Assembly: GCA_035936995.1 (NCBI GenBank)
Contig: DASYVR010000002.1
Span: 5,311-69,310, forward strand
Direction: 5' to 3'
Origin: Candidatus Dormiibacterota bacterium
Lineage (GTDB): Bacteria; Chloroflexota; Dormibacteria; CF-121
DNA length: 64,000 bases
Under the pieces are notes generated by a model that was given only the letters and a program-made list of their open reading frames with translations, had not been told where the DNA came from and searched no databases. The position numbers were made by a program, and so were the translations under genes. Positions within the stretch are counted from its first letter, which is position 1. Every line of letters begins with the position of its first letter. This document shows, piece after piece, positions 1-8,829 of this stretch.

Positions 1-909
1 TTGATGGCCAGCACGCTGGGATGGCGCTGGGCGTTCGTCTCGATCATTCCACTGACCGTGATCGCGATGGCGCTCGCGATGCCGGCGTTGCGCGCCTTAC
101 CGGCCGCGGAAAAACCGTCGCACCTGTCGATCCGATGGCCCTTGGAATTGGCTGCAGGTGTCGCCGCGCTGATCAGTGGGCTTTCGATCCTTTCATGGCT
201 CAGCGTGCCGCTCGTGGCCGTGGGCGCTTGGCTGACCTGGTCGGCGCTTGGCCACATCCTTCCCGTGGGTTCACTTCGCGCGCGACCGGGACCGCCGGCC
301 GCCGTCATGACGATCTTCCTGCTCATCCTCGCCTTCATCGGCGCCGACTACTTCATTCCCCTGATGCTGACCGGTGTGCGCGGCCGGTCACTCGCCGAAG
401 CCGGCGCGGTCATCACGTTGGGCACGGTGAGCTGGTCGGTTGGCAACTGGTGGCAGTCCCGTGCGATCCTCCGGACCTCATCGGTCACGCTCGTGCGCCT
501 GGGCGGCGCGATCCTGACCATGGCGATCATCGGAATCATGGCGACGTTGGCTGGCGCGCCGCTCGCGATCTCGTACGTCGGCTGGTTCGCTGCCGGCTTC
601 GGCATGGGTATCGCCTATCCGACCGCATACCTCGTCATCATGAAGGGAGCCGATGCGGCCGACGCGGGGTCGGCGGTGAGTTCCGAACAGGTGGCCGAGC
701 GGCTCGCGCTCGCGCTTGGTGGCGGCCTTGGCGGCGTCTGCGTTGCGCTCGCGGCGGGGCTGCACGCGTCGCTTGCCGCGGGACTCGCGGGTGCCTTCGC
801 GCTGGCGTTGCTCGCCGCGCTTGCCAGTATCGCGCTCGCCCCACGCCTTACGCCGGCGCGCTCAGCAGCCTTCGCCGCGCATCCAGGTAGAGGACCGTTA
901 ACACCGTGA
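1..909 (+). CDS. MFS transporter (5' end outside window)
   Basis: Many hydrophobic TM segments; starts with the 'LGWRWAF' stretch typical of MFS TM5-6. Confidence 0.8.
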   Translation: MMASTLGWRWAFVSIIPLTVIAMALAMPALRALPAAEKPSHLSIRWPLELAAGVAALISGLSILSWLSVPLVAVGAWLTWSALGHILPVGSLRARPGPPAAVMTIFLLILAFIGADYFIPLMLTGVRGRSLAEAGAVITLGTVSWSVGNWWQSRAILRTSSVTLVRLGGAILTMAIIGIMATLAGAPLAISYVGWFAAGFGMGIAYPTAYLVIMKGADAADAGSAVSSEQVAERLALALGGGLGGVCVALAAGLHASLAAGLAGAFALALLAALASIALAPRLTPARSAAFAAHPGRGPLTP

Positions 910-1014
910 GCGTGACCACGAGCCAGACGAACATCAAGAGGAAACCACGCCGCGGGCCGCGGACAATCTGGAGCAGCCACGAGCTGCCCGTGCCCGCAAC
1001 GCCAAAGGCGAAAC

Positions 1015-1042
1015 AAAAAGAGGCCGCCGAAGCGGCCTCTTT
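1015..1042. terminator. Intrinsic terminator, probably bidirectional
   Basis: AAAAAGAGGCCGC-CGAA-GCGGCCTCTTT; UUCG loop with U-tail on the minus strand, between convergent genes. Confidence 0.8.
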
Positions 1043-1056
1043 CTCACGTTCGCGCG

Positions 1057-1425
1057 CTAGTCTTCGTGGTTGCCGTTCGCGGCACTCTGGTCGTTCGTCT
1101 CGGTCGTCGACTCGTTAACGCCCGACTGGTTCTGCTGGCCATTGCAGCCGGCGTCCTGGTGCTCGCCCTCGAACTCGCCCGCTTGCTCGGCTTGCGCGGT
1201 GCAGATGGTCGGGCTCGCCGCCGTCGCCGGCTTGGTGGCCGGCTTCATTGTCGGCTGCGTGGTCGACGTGGCCGCCGGCGCGACAGCCGGCTTGCGATCC
1301 TGCTGCGTCTGCTGCTGGCCCTTTTGGCCTTGCTCTGCATTCGCCGAATCGGGCTTGGCGCTGGCGGCGATACCACTCACCAGCAGCAAGCCGCCGGCGA
1401 TCATTGCGATAACGATCCTGCGCAT
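1057..1425 (-). CDS. Secreted low-complexity hypothetical protein
   Basis: Signal peptide MRRIVIAMIAGGLLLVSGIAASA; Q/T/A/P-rich body, acidic end; followed by terminator. Confidence 0.65.
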   Translation of the reverse strand: MRRIVIAMIAGGLLLVSGIAASAKPDSANAEQGQKGQQQTQQDRKPAVAPAATSTTQPTMKPATKPATAASPTICTAQAEQAGEFEGEHQDAGCNGQQNQSGVNESTTETNDQSAANGNHED

Positions 1426-1599
1426 ATGAATTCGTTGGCTCCTTGGGGCAAGGCTGGACAGCCTGGTCCACTTCTATCAACGCGGCCATGGTGTGCCGTA
1501 TTCGCGACCAACTAATACGGTCCGCCATCGCGGACGTGATGAGGGCGTGCCCTTTGAATGTCCGATTTCCGCTAGCGCGATCGAGCCCAACCCGCCAGA

Positions 1600-3069
1600 A
1601 TGGACCGTGTAATCGCCTCACAGCTCGACTTCGAACGCTGCTACCGGGCCGTCGAAAGCCGCGACGCTCGCTTCGACGGCTGGTTCATCACCGCCGTCAA
1701 AACGACCGGCATCTACTGCCGGCCGAGCTGCCCGACGCCGGTGCGCCCAAAACGCGAGAACGTCCGCTTCTACCCGACCGCCGCGGCGGCGCAGCTCGCC
1801 GGCTTCCGCGCCTGCAAGCGCTGCCGCCCGGACGCCTCTGCTGGCTCGCCGGAATTGAACGTGCGCGGTGACCTCGTTGGTCGCGCGATGCGCTTGATCG
1901 CGGACGGCACGGTCGATCGGGTCGGCGTCGCGGGGCTCGCTCGCCGCCTCGCGGTCAGCGAACGCCATCTCGACCGTCTGCTGCTCGGCGAGCTCGGGGC
2001 AGGACCGCTCGCGATCGCCCGCGCCCAGCGCGCCCAAACCGCGCGAACCCTGATCGAGACGACAGACCTGCCGTTTACGGACGTCGCGTTCGCGGCCGGT
2101 TTCGAGAGTGTCCGGCAGTTCAACGACACGGTTCGCGAGGTGTTCGCCCTCACCCCCACAGCGCTGCGCACGGCCGGCCGGCGTCGCGGCGACGTCGTCG
2201 AAGGCGCGCTCACGCTCCGTCTTCCCTATCGACCGCCGCTCGACTGGCCAGCGCTGTCCGGCTGGCTTCGGACCCGAGCCGTGCCTGGCGTCGCGGAGGC
2301 GAACGGCCGCGCCTATCGTCGAACGCTTCGCCTCGCGCGCGGAGCGGCGATCGTCGCCCTCGAGCCCGTCAACGGCCACATCCAGTGCACGCTGAAGCTC
2401 GAGTCGATGGCCGACCTGACGAGCGCGGTACGACAGTGCCGCCGTTTGCTCGACCTCGACGCCGACCCGCTGAGCGTGGTCGAAGTGTTGTCGCAGGACC
2501 GGCGTCTCTCGCCGATCGTCAAGAAGCGCCCGGGTTTGCGCGCACCGGGCGCGGTCGACGGAACGGAGCTCGCGATCCAGGCGATCCTCGGCCAGCAGGT
2601 CTCCCTCGCGGCGGCGCGCACGCTGACGTCGCGCCTCGTGACCGCGCACGGCGATCTGATCAAGATCGCCGATCCCACCTTGACGCACCTCTTTCCGTGC
2701 CCCGATGCGATCGCCGCGGCCGATCTCTCGAAGCTGGGCGTGCCACAGACTCGCCGAGCAACGCTTCATGCGCTTGCCGGCGCGGTCGCCGGCGGCACAC
2801 TCGTACTCGACCCCGGGGCCGACCGGGCGGAAACCTACCAGCGGCTGCTGGCGGTGCCGGGGATCGGAGAGTGGACGGCGGGGTACATCCTGATGCGCGC
2901 GCTCGGCGATCCAGATACGTTTCTGCCGAGCGACCTCGGCATCAAGAAGGCAAGCGCGCGGCTGGGCCTGGGTGACAAGGCGCGCACAGTTTCCGAACGC
3001 GCCGCCGCCTGGCGCCCCTGGCGGACCTATGCAACACACCACTTGTGGGCAACACTCACCGACATCTAG
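1600..3069 (+). CDS. alkA: Ada Zn-binding/AraC regulator fused to AlkA DNA-3-methyladenine glycosylase
   Basis: TTGIYCRPSC and FRACKRC Ada motifs, AraC HTH, QQVS and HhH-GPD GIGEWTA...D motifs. Confidence 0.93.
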   Translation: MDRVIASQLDFERCYRAVESRDARFDGWFITAVKTTGIYCRPSCPTPVRPKRENVRFYPTAAAAQLAGFRACKRCRPDASAGSPELNVRGDLVGRAMRLIADGTVDRVGVAGLARRLAVSERHLDRLLLGELGAGPLAIARAQRAQTARTLIETTDLPFTDVAFAAGFESVRQFNDTVREVFALTPTALRTAGRRRGDVVEGALTLRLPYRPPLDWPALSGWLRTRAVPGVAEANGRAYRRTLRLARGAAIVALEPVNGHIQCTLKLESMADLTSAVRQCRRLLDLDADPLSVVEVLSQDRRLSPIVKKRPGLRAPGAVDGTELAIQAILGQQVSLAAARTLTSRLVTAHGDLIKIADPTLTHLFPCPDAIAAADLSKLGVPQTRRATLHALAGAVAGGTLVLDPGADRAETYQRLLAVPGIGEWTAGYILMRALGDPDTFLPSDLGIKKASARLGLGDKARTVSERAAAWRPWRTYATHHLWATLTDI

Positions 3070-3081
3070 AAGGAGTCACCG

Positions 3082-3669
3082 ATGACACCCAAGCCCGTCC
3101 TCTACAGCACGACCCATCCGACGCCAATCGGCGAGCTCACCCTGATCGCCTCAGACCGCGGCTTGCGCGCGATCCTCTGGCCGAGGCTCTTGCCTCAGCG
3201 CGCCGGCATCAGCCCGCGCCCGCATCGCAACCCCGATCATTCGATTCTGCGAAAGACCGTCCAACAGCTGGATGAATACTTCGCCGGCCGGCGCACGAGC
3301 TTCGACCTGCCGCTCGACCTCGACGGCACCCGCTTCCAGCTCGCGGCCTGGCGGTCACTGGCCGATATCCCGTTCGGAACCACCACCACGTACGGCCGGC
3401 AGGCGGCGGCCCTCGGCATTCCGAAGGCCGCTCGGGCACTCGGCGCCGCGAACGGGGCGAACCCCGTCTGCATCGTCCTTCCCTGCCACCGCGTGATCGG
3501 CGCGGATGGTTCCCTCACCGGCTTCGGCGGCGGGTTACCGACCAAGCAATGGCTGCTCGACCATGAAGCACAGGTGGCTCGCACGATTTTCGATGAGCCC
3601 CAATGGCGCAAACACCAACCCGTCCAGACGCGCTTATCCATGCCCCTTGAACGCCTGCTGCTGAAGTAA
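3082..3669 (+). CDS. ogt: Methylated-DNA--protein-cysteine methyltransferase
   Basis: PCHRV active-site motif; GGAG RBS; directly follows ada-alkA. Confidence 0.93.
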   Translation: MTPKPVLYSTTHPTPIGELTLIASDRGLRAILWPRLLPQRAGISPRPHRNPDHSILRKTVQQLDEYFAGRRTSFDLPLDLDGTRFQLAAWRSLADIPFGTTTTYGRQAAALGIPKAARALGAANGANPVCIVLPCHRVIGADGSLTGFGGGLPTKQWLLDHEAQVARTIFDEPQWRKHQPVQTRLSMPLERLLLK

Positions 3670-3710
3670 CCACTTCCGGCTTCAGCGTTGACCCGCTACA
3701 TTACTAGGGG

Positions 3711-6266
3711 ATGCACCCGGGGAACAATCTGACGCGGGATGAAGCCCGCCAGCGGGCCGACTTGATTCACACCCCGCTGTACGACATTTCGCTCGATCTC
3801 ACGAGGGATACTGACACCTTCAGCTGCGAAGCCACCATTCACTTCCTTTGCCAAGAGCCTGGCGCCAACACCTTTATCGATTTCCTGGCGCCCTCGGTCG
3901 ACAGCTGCGAGCTCAACGGCGAGGAAGTCCCCAAAGAGGCCTTCAACGGTGCCCGCATCACGCTCGAGAACCTGCGTGAGGCGAACGAGCTCCATGTCCT
4001 CGGCACCTGCTACTACCAAAACGTCGGCGCGGGACTCTGCAAGTTCAAAGACCCGGTCGACCACAAGACCTACCTGCACAGCCAGTTCGAGACCTTCGAC
4101 GCCCACCGGATGTATCCCTGCTTCGACCAGCCCGACCTGAAGGCGAGCTTCACCTTCACGGTGCTGGCCCCCAACGACTGGGTGGTCGTCTCCAACAACC
4201 CCGGCCAGGCCCAGCCGGTCGCGGGCAAGGAGAACATCAAGCGCTGGACCTTTGGGGCCACCCCCAAGATGTCGTCGTACCTGACCGCGATCGTCGCCGG
4301 TCCCTACCATGGCGTCCGCGACCGGCACGGCGACGTCGACCTTGGCATCTTTTGCCGCCAGTCGCTGGCCCAATACCTCGACCCCGAGGAGATCTTCACC
4401 GTCACCAAGCAGGGCCTCGACTTTTACGGCCAGGCCTACAAGTACCCCTATCCCTTCCAGAAGTACGACCAGCTCTTCGTCCCCGAGTTCAGCGCCGGCG
4501 CGATGGAAAACATCGGATGCGTCACGTTCAACGAATTCATGCTCTTTCGCTCGAAGGTGACGGAGGCCGTCCGCGAGGATCGCGCGAATGCCATCCTGCA
4601 CGAGATGGCGCATATGTGGTTCGGCGACCTGGTGACGATGCGCTGGTGGGACGACCTCTGGCTGAACGAGAGCTTCGCGACCTTCATGTCGGTGCTCTGT
4701 CAGGTGGAGGCGACGCGCTTCAAAAATGGTTGGGTGACGTTCGCCAACCAGTACAAGGCGGGCGCCCGCCGCCAGGACCAGCTACCGACGACCCACCCCA
4801 TCGCCGCGGACGTGCCGGACATCCAGTCCGTCTACTTGAATTTCGACGCGATCACCTACAACAAGGGCGCGTGCGTCCTCCGGCAGCTGGTTGCCTACGT
4901 CGGACAGGACACGTTCCTCCGCGGCGTCCAGCGCTACGTCAAGCAGCGGCAGTACGCGAACGCCACGCTCGCGGATTTCCTGTCGGATGTCGAAGCGGGC
5001 TCTGGTCGCGATTTGCAGGCCTGGTCCAAGCTCTGGTTGGAGACCGCCGGCCTTAACACGCTGCGGCCGGACGCCACCGCGCAGAGCGACGTCATCGGCT
5101 CCCTCACCATCAAGCAGGAGGCGCCTCCCGAACACCCGACGATCCGTCCACACCGGCTCGCGGTTGGGCTCTACGACCGCCAGTCCGACTCGCTCCAGCT
5201 GCGCCGGCGAGTGGAGCTGGACGTCGCCGACGCGAACACCCCGGTCACCGATCTCATCGGCGAACGCCTGCCTGACCTGCTGCTCGTCAATGATCTCGAC
5301 CTGACCTACGCAAAGATCCGCCTGGACGAGCGCTCGCTGGCTACGGCCACCCAGCATCTCGCGGAGCTCTCCGACCCATTGGCGCGGGCGATCACCTGGG
5401 CCGCGCTCTGGGACATGTTGCGCGATGCCGAGATTCCGGCGCGGCGCTACCTGCCGCTGATCCTCAAGAACATCCGGGGCGAAACCGACATCGGCGTCGT
5501 CCAGGACCTCCTCGCGCAAGCCTCCTCGGCCGTGTGGGTCTACGGCGATCCGATGAATGTCGATTCGGCGGTGAAGATCCTGGCCGATCACGCGCTTCGG
5601 GCGCTCGACGCCGCCCCGGCCGGTAGCGACCTGCAGCTCGCCTGGGCTCACGCCTTCATCAACGCGGCCCGTTCTTCGGAGCACCTGTCGATCCTTCGCG
5701 GCTTGCTGGACGGCATCAAGGTCTTCACCGGTCTCAAGGTCGACACCGACCTGCGCTGGGCGATCGTCAATGCACTGGCCGGCCTCGGCGCCGATGATGG
5801 CCTGATCGATGCCGAGTTGAAACGCGACCCCACCGACGAGGGCCAGCGTTACGCCGCCGCAGCCCGCGCCGCGCGCCCGACGCCCGACGCCAAGGAACAG
5901 GTTTGGGCGTCGCTGATGGAGGACCTCACCATGCCGCTGGCCACGATGCGGTCGATGATGCGGGGGTTTCACCGCTTCGATCAACGACGCGTGCTCGAGG
6001 CCTACAGCGCTCGATACTTCCAGGCGCTGGCGAACGTCTGGAAAGAGCGTGAAATCGAGGTCGCCCTCGCCTTCATCCGCATGATGTACCCCTCGGTCGT
6101 GGTCGGCGACGAGACGGTGAAAGCCACCGACCAGTATCTCGCCGCGGACAGCGTGCCAGGGCCGGTACGACGAATTCTGCTCGAAGGCAAGGACAACATG
6201 CTTCGGACCATGCGCGGGCGAGCCGCCGACGCCGCGGCCGCCGAAAAGGTCTCTGCCGAACGCTAG
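3711..6266 (+). CDS. pepN: Aminopeptidase N (M1 family)
   Basis: GAMEN and HEMAH-x18-E motifs; actinobacterial-type N-terminus NLTRDEA. Confidence 0.95.
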   Translation: MHPGNNLTRDEARQRADLIHTPLYDISLDLTRDTDTFSCEATIHFLCQEPGANTFIDFLAPSVDSCELNGEEVPKEAFNGARITLENLREANELHVLGTCYYQNVGAGLCKFKDPVDHKTYLHSQFETFDAHRMYPCFDQPDLKASFTFTVLAPNDWVVVSNNPGQAQPVAGKENIKRWTFGATPKMSSYLTAIVAGPYHGVRDRHGDVDLGIFCRQSLAQYLDPEEIFTVTKQGLDFYGQAYKYPYPFQKYDQLFVPEFSAGAMENIGCVTFNEFMLFRSKVTEAVREDRANAILHEMAHMWFGDLVTMRWWDDLWLNESFATFMSVLCQVEATRFKNGWVTFANQYKAGARRQDQLPTTHPIAADVPDIQSVYLNFDAITYNKGACVLRQLVAYVGQDTFLRGVQRYVKQRQYANATLADFLSDVEAGSGRDLQAWSKLWLETAGLNTLRPDATAQSDVIGSLTIKQEAPPEHPTIRPHRLAVGLYDRQSDSLQLRRRVELDVADANTPVTDLIGERLPDLLLVNDLDLTYAKIRLDERSLATATQHLAELSDPLARAITWAALWDMLRDAEIPARRYLPLILKNIRGETDIGVVQDLLAQASSAVWVYGDPMNVDSAVKILADHALRALDAAPAGSDLQLAWAHAFINAARSSEHLSILRGLLDGIKVFTGLKVDTDLRWAIVNALAGLGADDGLIDAELKRDPTDEGQRYAAAARAARPTPDAKEQVWASLMEDLTMPLATMRSMMRGFHRFDQRRVLEAYSARYFQALANVWKEREIEVALAFIRMMYPSVVVGDETVKATDQYLAADSVPGPVRRILLEGKDNMLRTMRGRAADAAAAEKVSAER

Positions 6267-6356
6267 AACGCCCGCCGCGGCGACCGAAGATTCCTGGGCC
6301 CAGTGGATCAGCATGCGCCGCCAGGGTAGCGCGACGATTCCGCCCAGTTCCGAGTG

Positions 6357-7556
6357 TCACGCATCGCGGTTGATAGCGCGCTCGGGAGAAATGGAGATGC
6401 GGCCAGCGAGCACAGCCCCAACGATGGCTAGGATGGCAGCCCCGGCAAATGCAATCGCGGGCGCAGCCAGCGTCCAAACCAGGGCAACCCAAACCGACGA
6501 GACGAAGTCGCCAGCACCGTTGACGGCTGCCAGAACCCCGAATCCTGCGCCTCGTTCTATGGGCGCGAGTTGGTGCGCCGCTAACGCAGTTTCGGCAACC
6601 TCAACCGATCCCGCAGCAAAACCGCCCGCGACGAAGGCAGGGATCACCATCCAGACTGCGGACGATGCGAGCGCAAGCAAGGCAGCCGCTACGGCGAACG
6701 AAAGAAAGCCGGCAATGAGTGCTGTCTGTCGCCTGCCGGTGCGATCGGCAAAGGCACCGACCGGATAAGAGACGGCAGTTGCGCTCAGGTTGTACAAGAA
6801 GTACAGAAAGATGGCGAGCGTAACGGCGGCTGCGCGACCATGCAACGGAACTAGTAGCTGGATCGCCCGTAGAGTGAAGAGACTTCCCGCAAATTGGGCG
6901 CTGCCAAACACCGCGACAGCAACCAGCAGCCGATTGAAACCAGTCGGATAGCCAGCGAGTCGAACCCGGAAGTTCCCGCGCTCCGCCCTGACTCGCCGCA
7001 CCAGGAGGTAGCAGCCGGCTGCTAAGAAACCGGGAATGGCAGCAACCAGAAACGTCGTTCGGTAGGAAAACACGCCGAGTAGAACCACCGCCAGCAAGGG
7101 CGCGAAGACCGCCCCGGCATTGTCGCCTGCCCGCTCAAAACCAAAGGCTCTCCCAAACTGTTCCTTGGAAACGGAAAGGGTGAGCAGCAAGTTGCGCACT
7201 GGCCCTCGCCAACCCCGCCCAGCCCAACCAATCGGACGGATTAGCACCAGCCACGGCCATGACGAAACTAAGCCAAGCAGTGCCGTTGCCAGGCCGGTCG
7301 TCGCATAACCCCCTGCTGCCCAGCCGCGCAAGCCGATGGCGTCAGCCGCCAGCTTGCCTCCATACAACTTCGCTCCAGCGGCCACAAGGTTGGAGAACCC
7401 TTCGACCAGGCCGAGCGCGATAGGCGGAGCCGCAAGAACGACAGTAAGAAAGCCCGGAAGCACGGCGGTAGCTGTCTCGTGTCCGAGGTCGGAGAAGAGG
7501 GAGGCAAGCGCAATTGCGATTACCGATTTGCCGAGTAACCGGTTGCCCCTCTGCAT
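6357..7556 (-). CDS. MFS transporter
   Basis: About 12 TM; 'SLFSDLGHE' and 'GRAFGFERAGDNAGA' motifs; visibly more AT-rich than its neighbours. Confidence 0.85.
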   Translation of the reverse strand: MQRGNRLLGKSVIAIALASLFSDLGHETATAVLPGFLTVVLAAPPIALGLVEGFSNLVAAGAKLYGGKLAADAIGLRGWAAGGYATTGLATALLGLVSSWPWLVLIRPIGWAGRGWRGPVRNLLLTLSVSKEQFGRAFGFERAGDNAGAVFAPLLAVVLLGVFSYRTTFLVAAIPGFLAAGCYLLVRRVRAERGNFRVRLAGYPTGFNRLLVAVAVFGSAQFAGSLFTLRAIQLLVPLHGRAAAVTLAIFLYFLYNLSATAVSYPVGAFADRTGRRQTALIAGFLSFAVAAALLALASSAVWMVIPAFVAGGFAAGSVEVAETALAAHQLAPIERGAGFGVLAAVNGAGDFVSSVWVALVWTLAAPAIAFAGAAILAIVGAVLAGRISISPERAINRDA

Positions 7557-7574
7557 CGGGACAGGATAAGCGGG

Positions 7575-8750
7575 CTACACCAGTTCGGCGGTCTGGCGGG
7601 CAATCACGGCGTCTTCGCGCGCCTCGACCCGTAGGAGCGCAACCGCGCTGCCAGCTCGGCTGATCACGGCGTCGTTTCTGATGTCCGTGGCGGCGACCGC
7701 CCCGAGCCCGAGCGGCGCGAGCCGCCGGACGATCGCCGACCGCACCGACGCCGAGTGTTCCCCGATTCCGCCGGTGACGACCAGGCCGTCGAGGCGGGGC
7801 AGCGCCGTGGCCGCCGCCGCGATGCCGGCCGCGGCTCGGCTGACGAACATGTCGATGGCGAGCTGGGCGCGCTTGTTGCCCTCCCCGGCGGCCTTCTCGA
7901 GCTCCCGCATCCCGCCAGCCCGGCCGAATACGCCGACCAGCCCGGACTTGTGATCGAGCGCCTCCTCGAGCTCCCGCCAGCCAGTCCGCCGCGTCCGCAA
8001 CATATATAGAAGGATGCCGGGGTCGATCGAGCCCGAGCGGGTCCCCATCATCAGGCCTTCCATCGGCGTCAACCCCATCGAGGTGGCGACGGACCGTCCG
8101 TTGAGCACGGCCGTCACCGAGCAGCCGCTGCCGAGGTGGGCCACCACCAGCGCGAGCTGGTCGGCCGGCCGGGCCAGCAGTTCCGCCGCCCGATGCGTCG
8201 ACCACTCGACTGACAGCCCGTGGAAGCCGAAGCGCCGAACGCCGTACTCGCGATGCCAGCGCCGTGGCACTGGATAGAGGAACTGCTCCTCGCTGAGCGT
8301 CGCGTGGAAGGCGGTATCGAACGCCGCCACATGCGGAATCGCGGGCAGAGCCGAGCGGGCGGCCCGAATGGTGGCGGCGGCCACCCGGTTATGCAGCGGC
8401 GCGAACTCGGCCAATGCCTCGATGCCCTTCAAGACCCGGTCGTCGACCCGCACCGCCGACCGGAAGCGGGTGCCGCCATGCACGACCCGATGTCCGACCG
8501 CCTCAACCCCGAGCATTCGTCCCTCTCCCGCTGGGCGCCCTTGTACTTCCCTCCTCTGGGGGAGGGTCAGGGAGGGGGCGGTTATCCCCAATTTCGACAG
8601 CAGCGACCGGACGGTTCGATCCAGTCCTCTCCGCCGACTCGCATCCGCCCCAAGCGAGACCTCGTCTTTCGCGATTGCGGCGAGATCGGCGGTGTCGACG
8701 ATGCTGCCCTTCAGCGAGCTCGAGCCGACATTCAGGACGAGGACGCGCAC
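7575..8750 (-). CDS. ackA: Acetate kinase with an in-frame repeat-derived insertion
   Basis: LNVGSSSLK, GHRVVHGG, APLHN, FDTAFH, GFHGLS, GTRSGSIDP motifs. Confidence 0.95.
   Translation of the reverse strand: MRVLVLNVGSSSLKGSIVDTADLAAIAKDEVSLGADASRRRGLDRTVRSLLSKLGITAPSLTLPQRREVQGRPAGEGRMLGVEAVGHRVVHGGTRFRSAVRVDDRVLKGIEALAEFAPLHNRVAAATIRAARSALPAIPHVAAFDTAFHATLSEEQFLYPVPRRWHREYGVRRFGFHGLSVEWSTHRAAELLARPADQLALVVAHLGSGCSVTAVLNGRSVATSMGLTPMEGLMMGTRSGSIDPGILLYMLRTRRTGWRELEEALDHKSGLVGVFGRAGGMRELEKAAGEGNKRAQLAIDMFVSRAAAGIAAAATALPRLDGLVVTGGIGEHSASVRSAIVRRLAPLGLGAVAATDIRNDAVISRAGSAVALLRVEAREDAVIARQTAELV
8521..8579 (+). repeat. Hairpin/G-tract repeat inside ackA
   Basis: Partial unit plus TTCCCTCCTCTGGGGGAGGGTCAGGGAGGGGG. 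Confidence 0.85.
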
Positions 8751-8759
8751 GCGACCCCT

Positions 8760-8826
8760 TTCCCTCCCCCTCTAGACGAGGGCACGACTCGTTTCCCTCC
8801 CCCTCTGGGGGAGGGCAGGGTGGGGG
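8760..8826 (+). repeat. Hairpin/G-tract repeat (partial + full unit)
   Basis: TTCCCTCCCCCTCTGGGGGAGGGCAGGGTGGGGG. Confidence 0.9.
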
Positions 8827-8829
8827 CGC

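Noticed and set aside
906-1118. 70-aa ORF after the MFS gene
   Set aside because: Runs through a terminator and into the convergent gene; no recognisable features
4782-6314. Long antisense ORFs (also 1618-3042, 51939-53180 and others)
   Set aside because: Typical stop-poor shadows opposite well-supported genes in high-GC DNA
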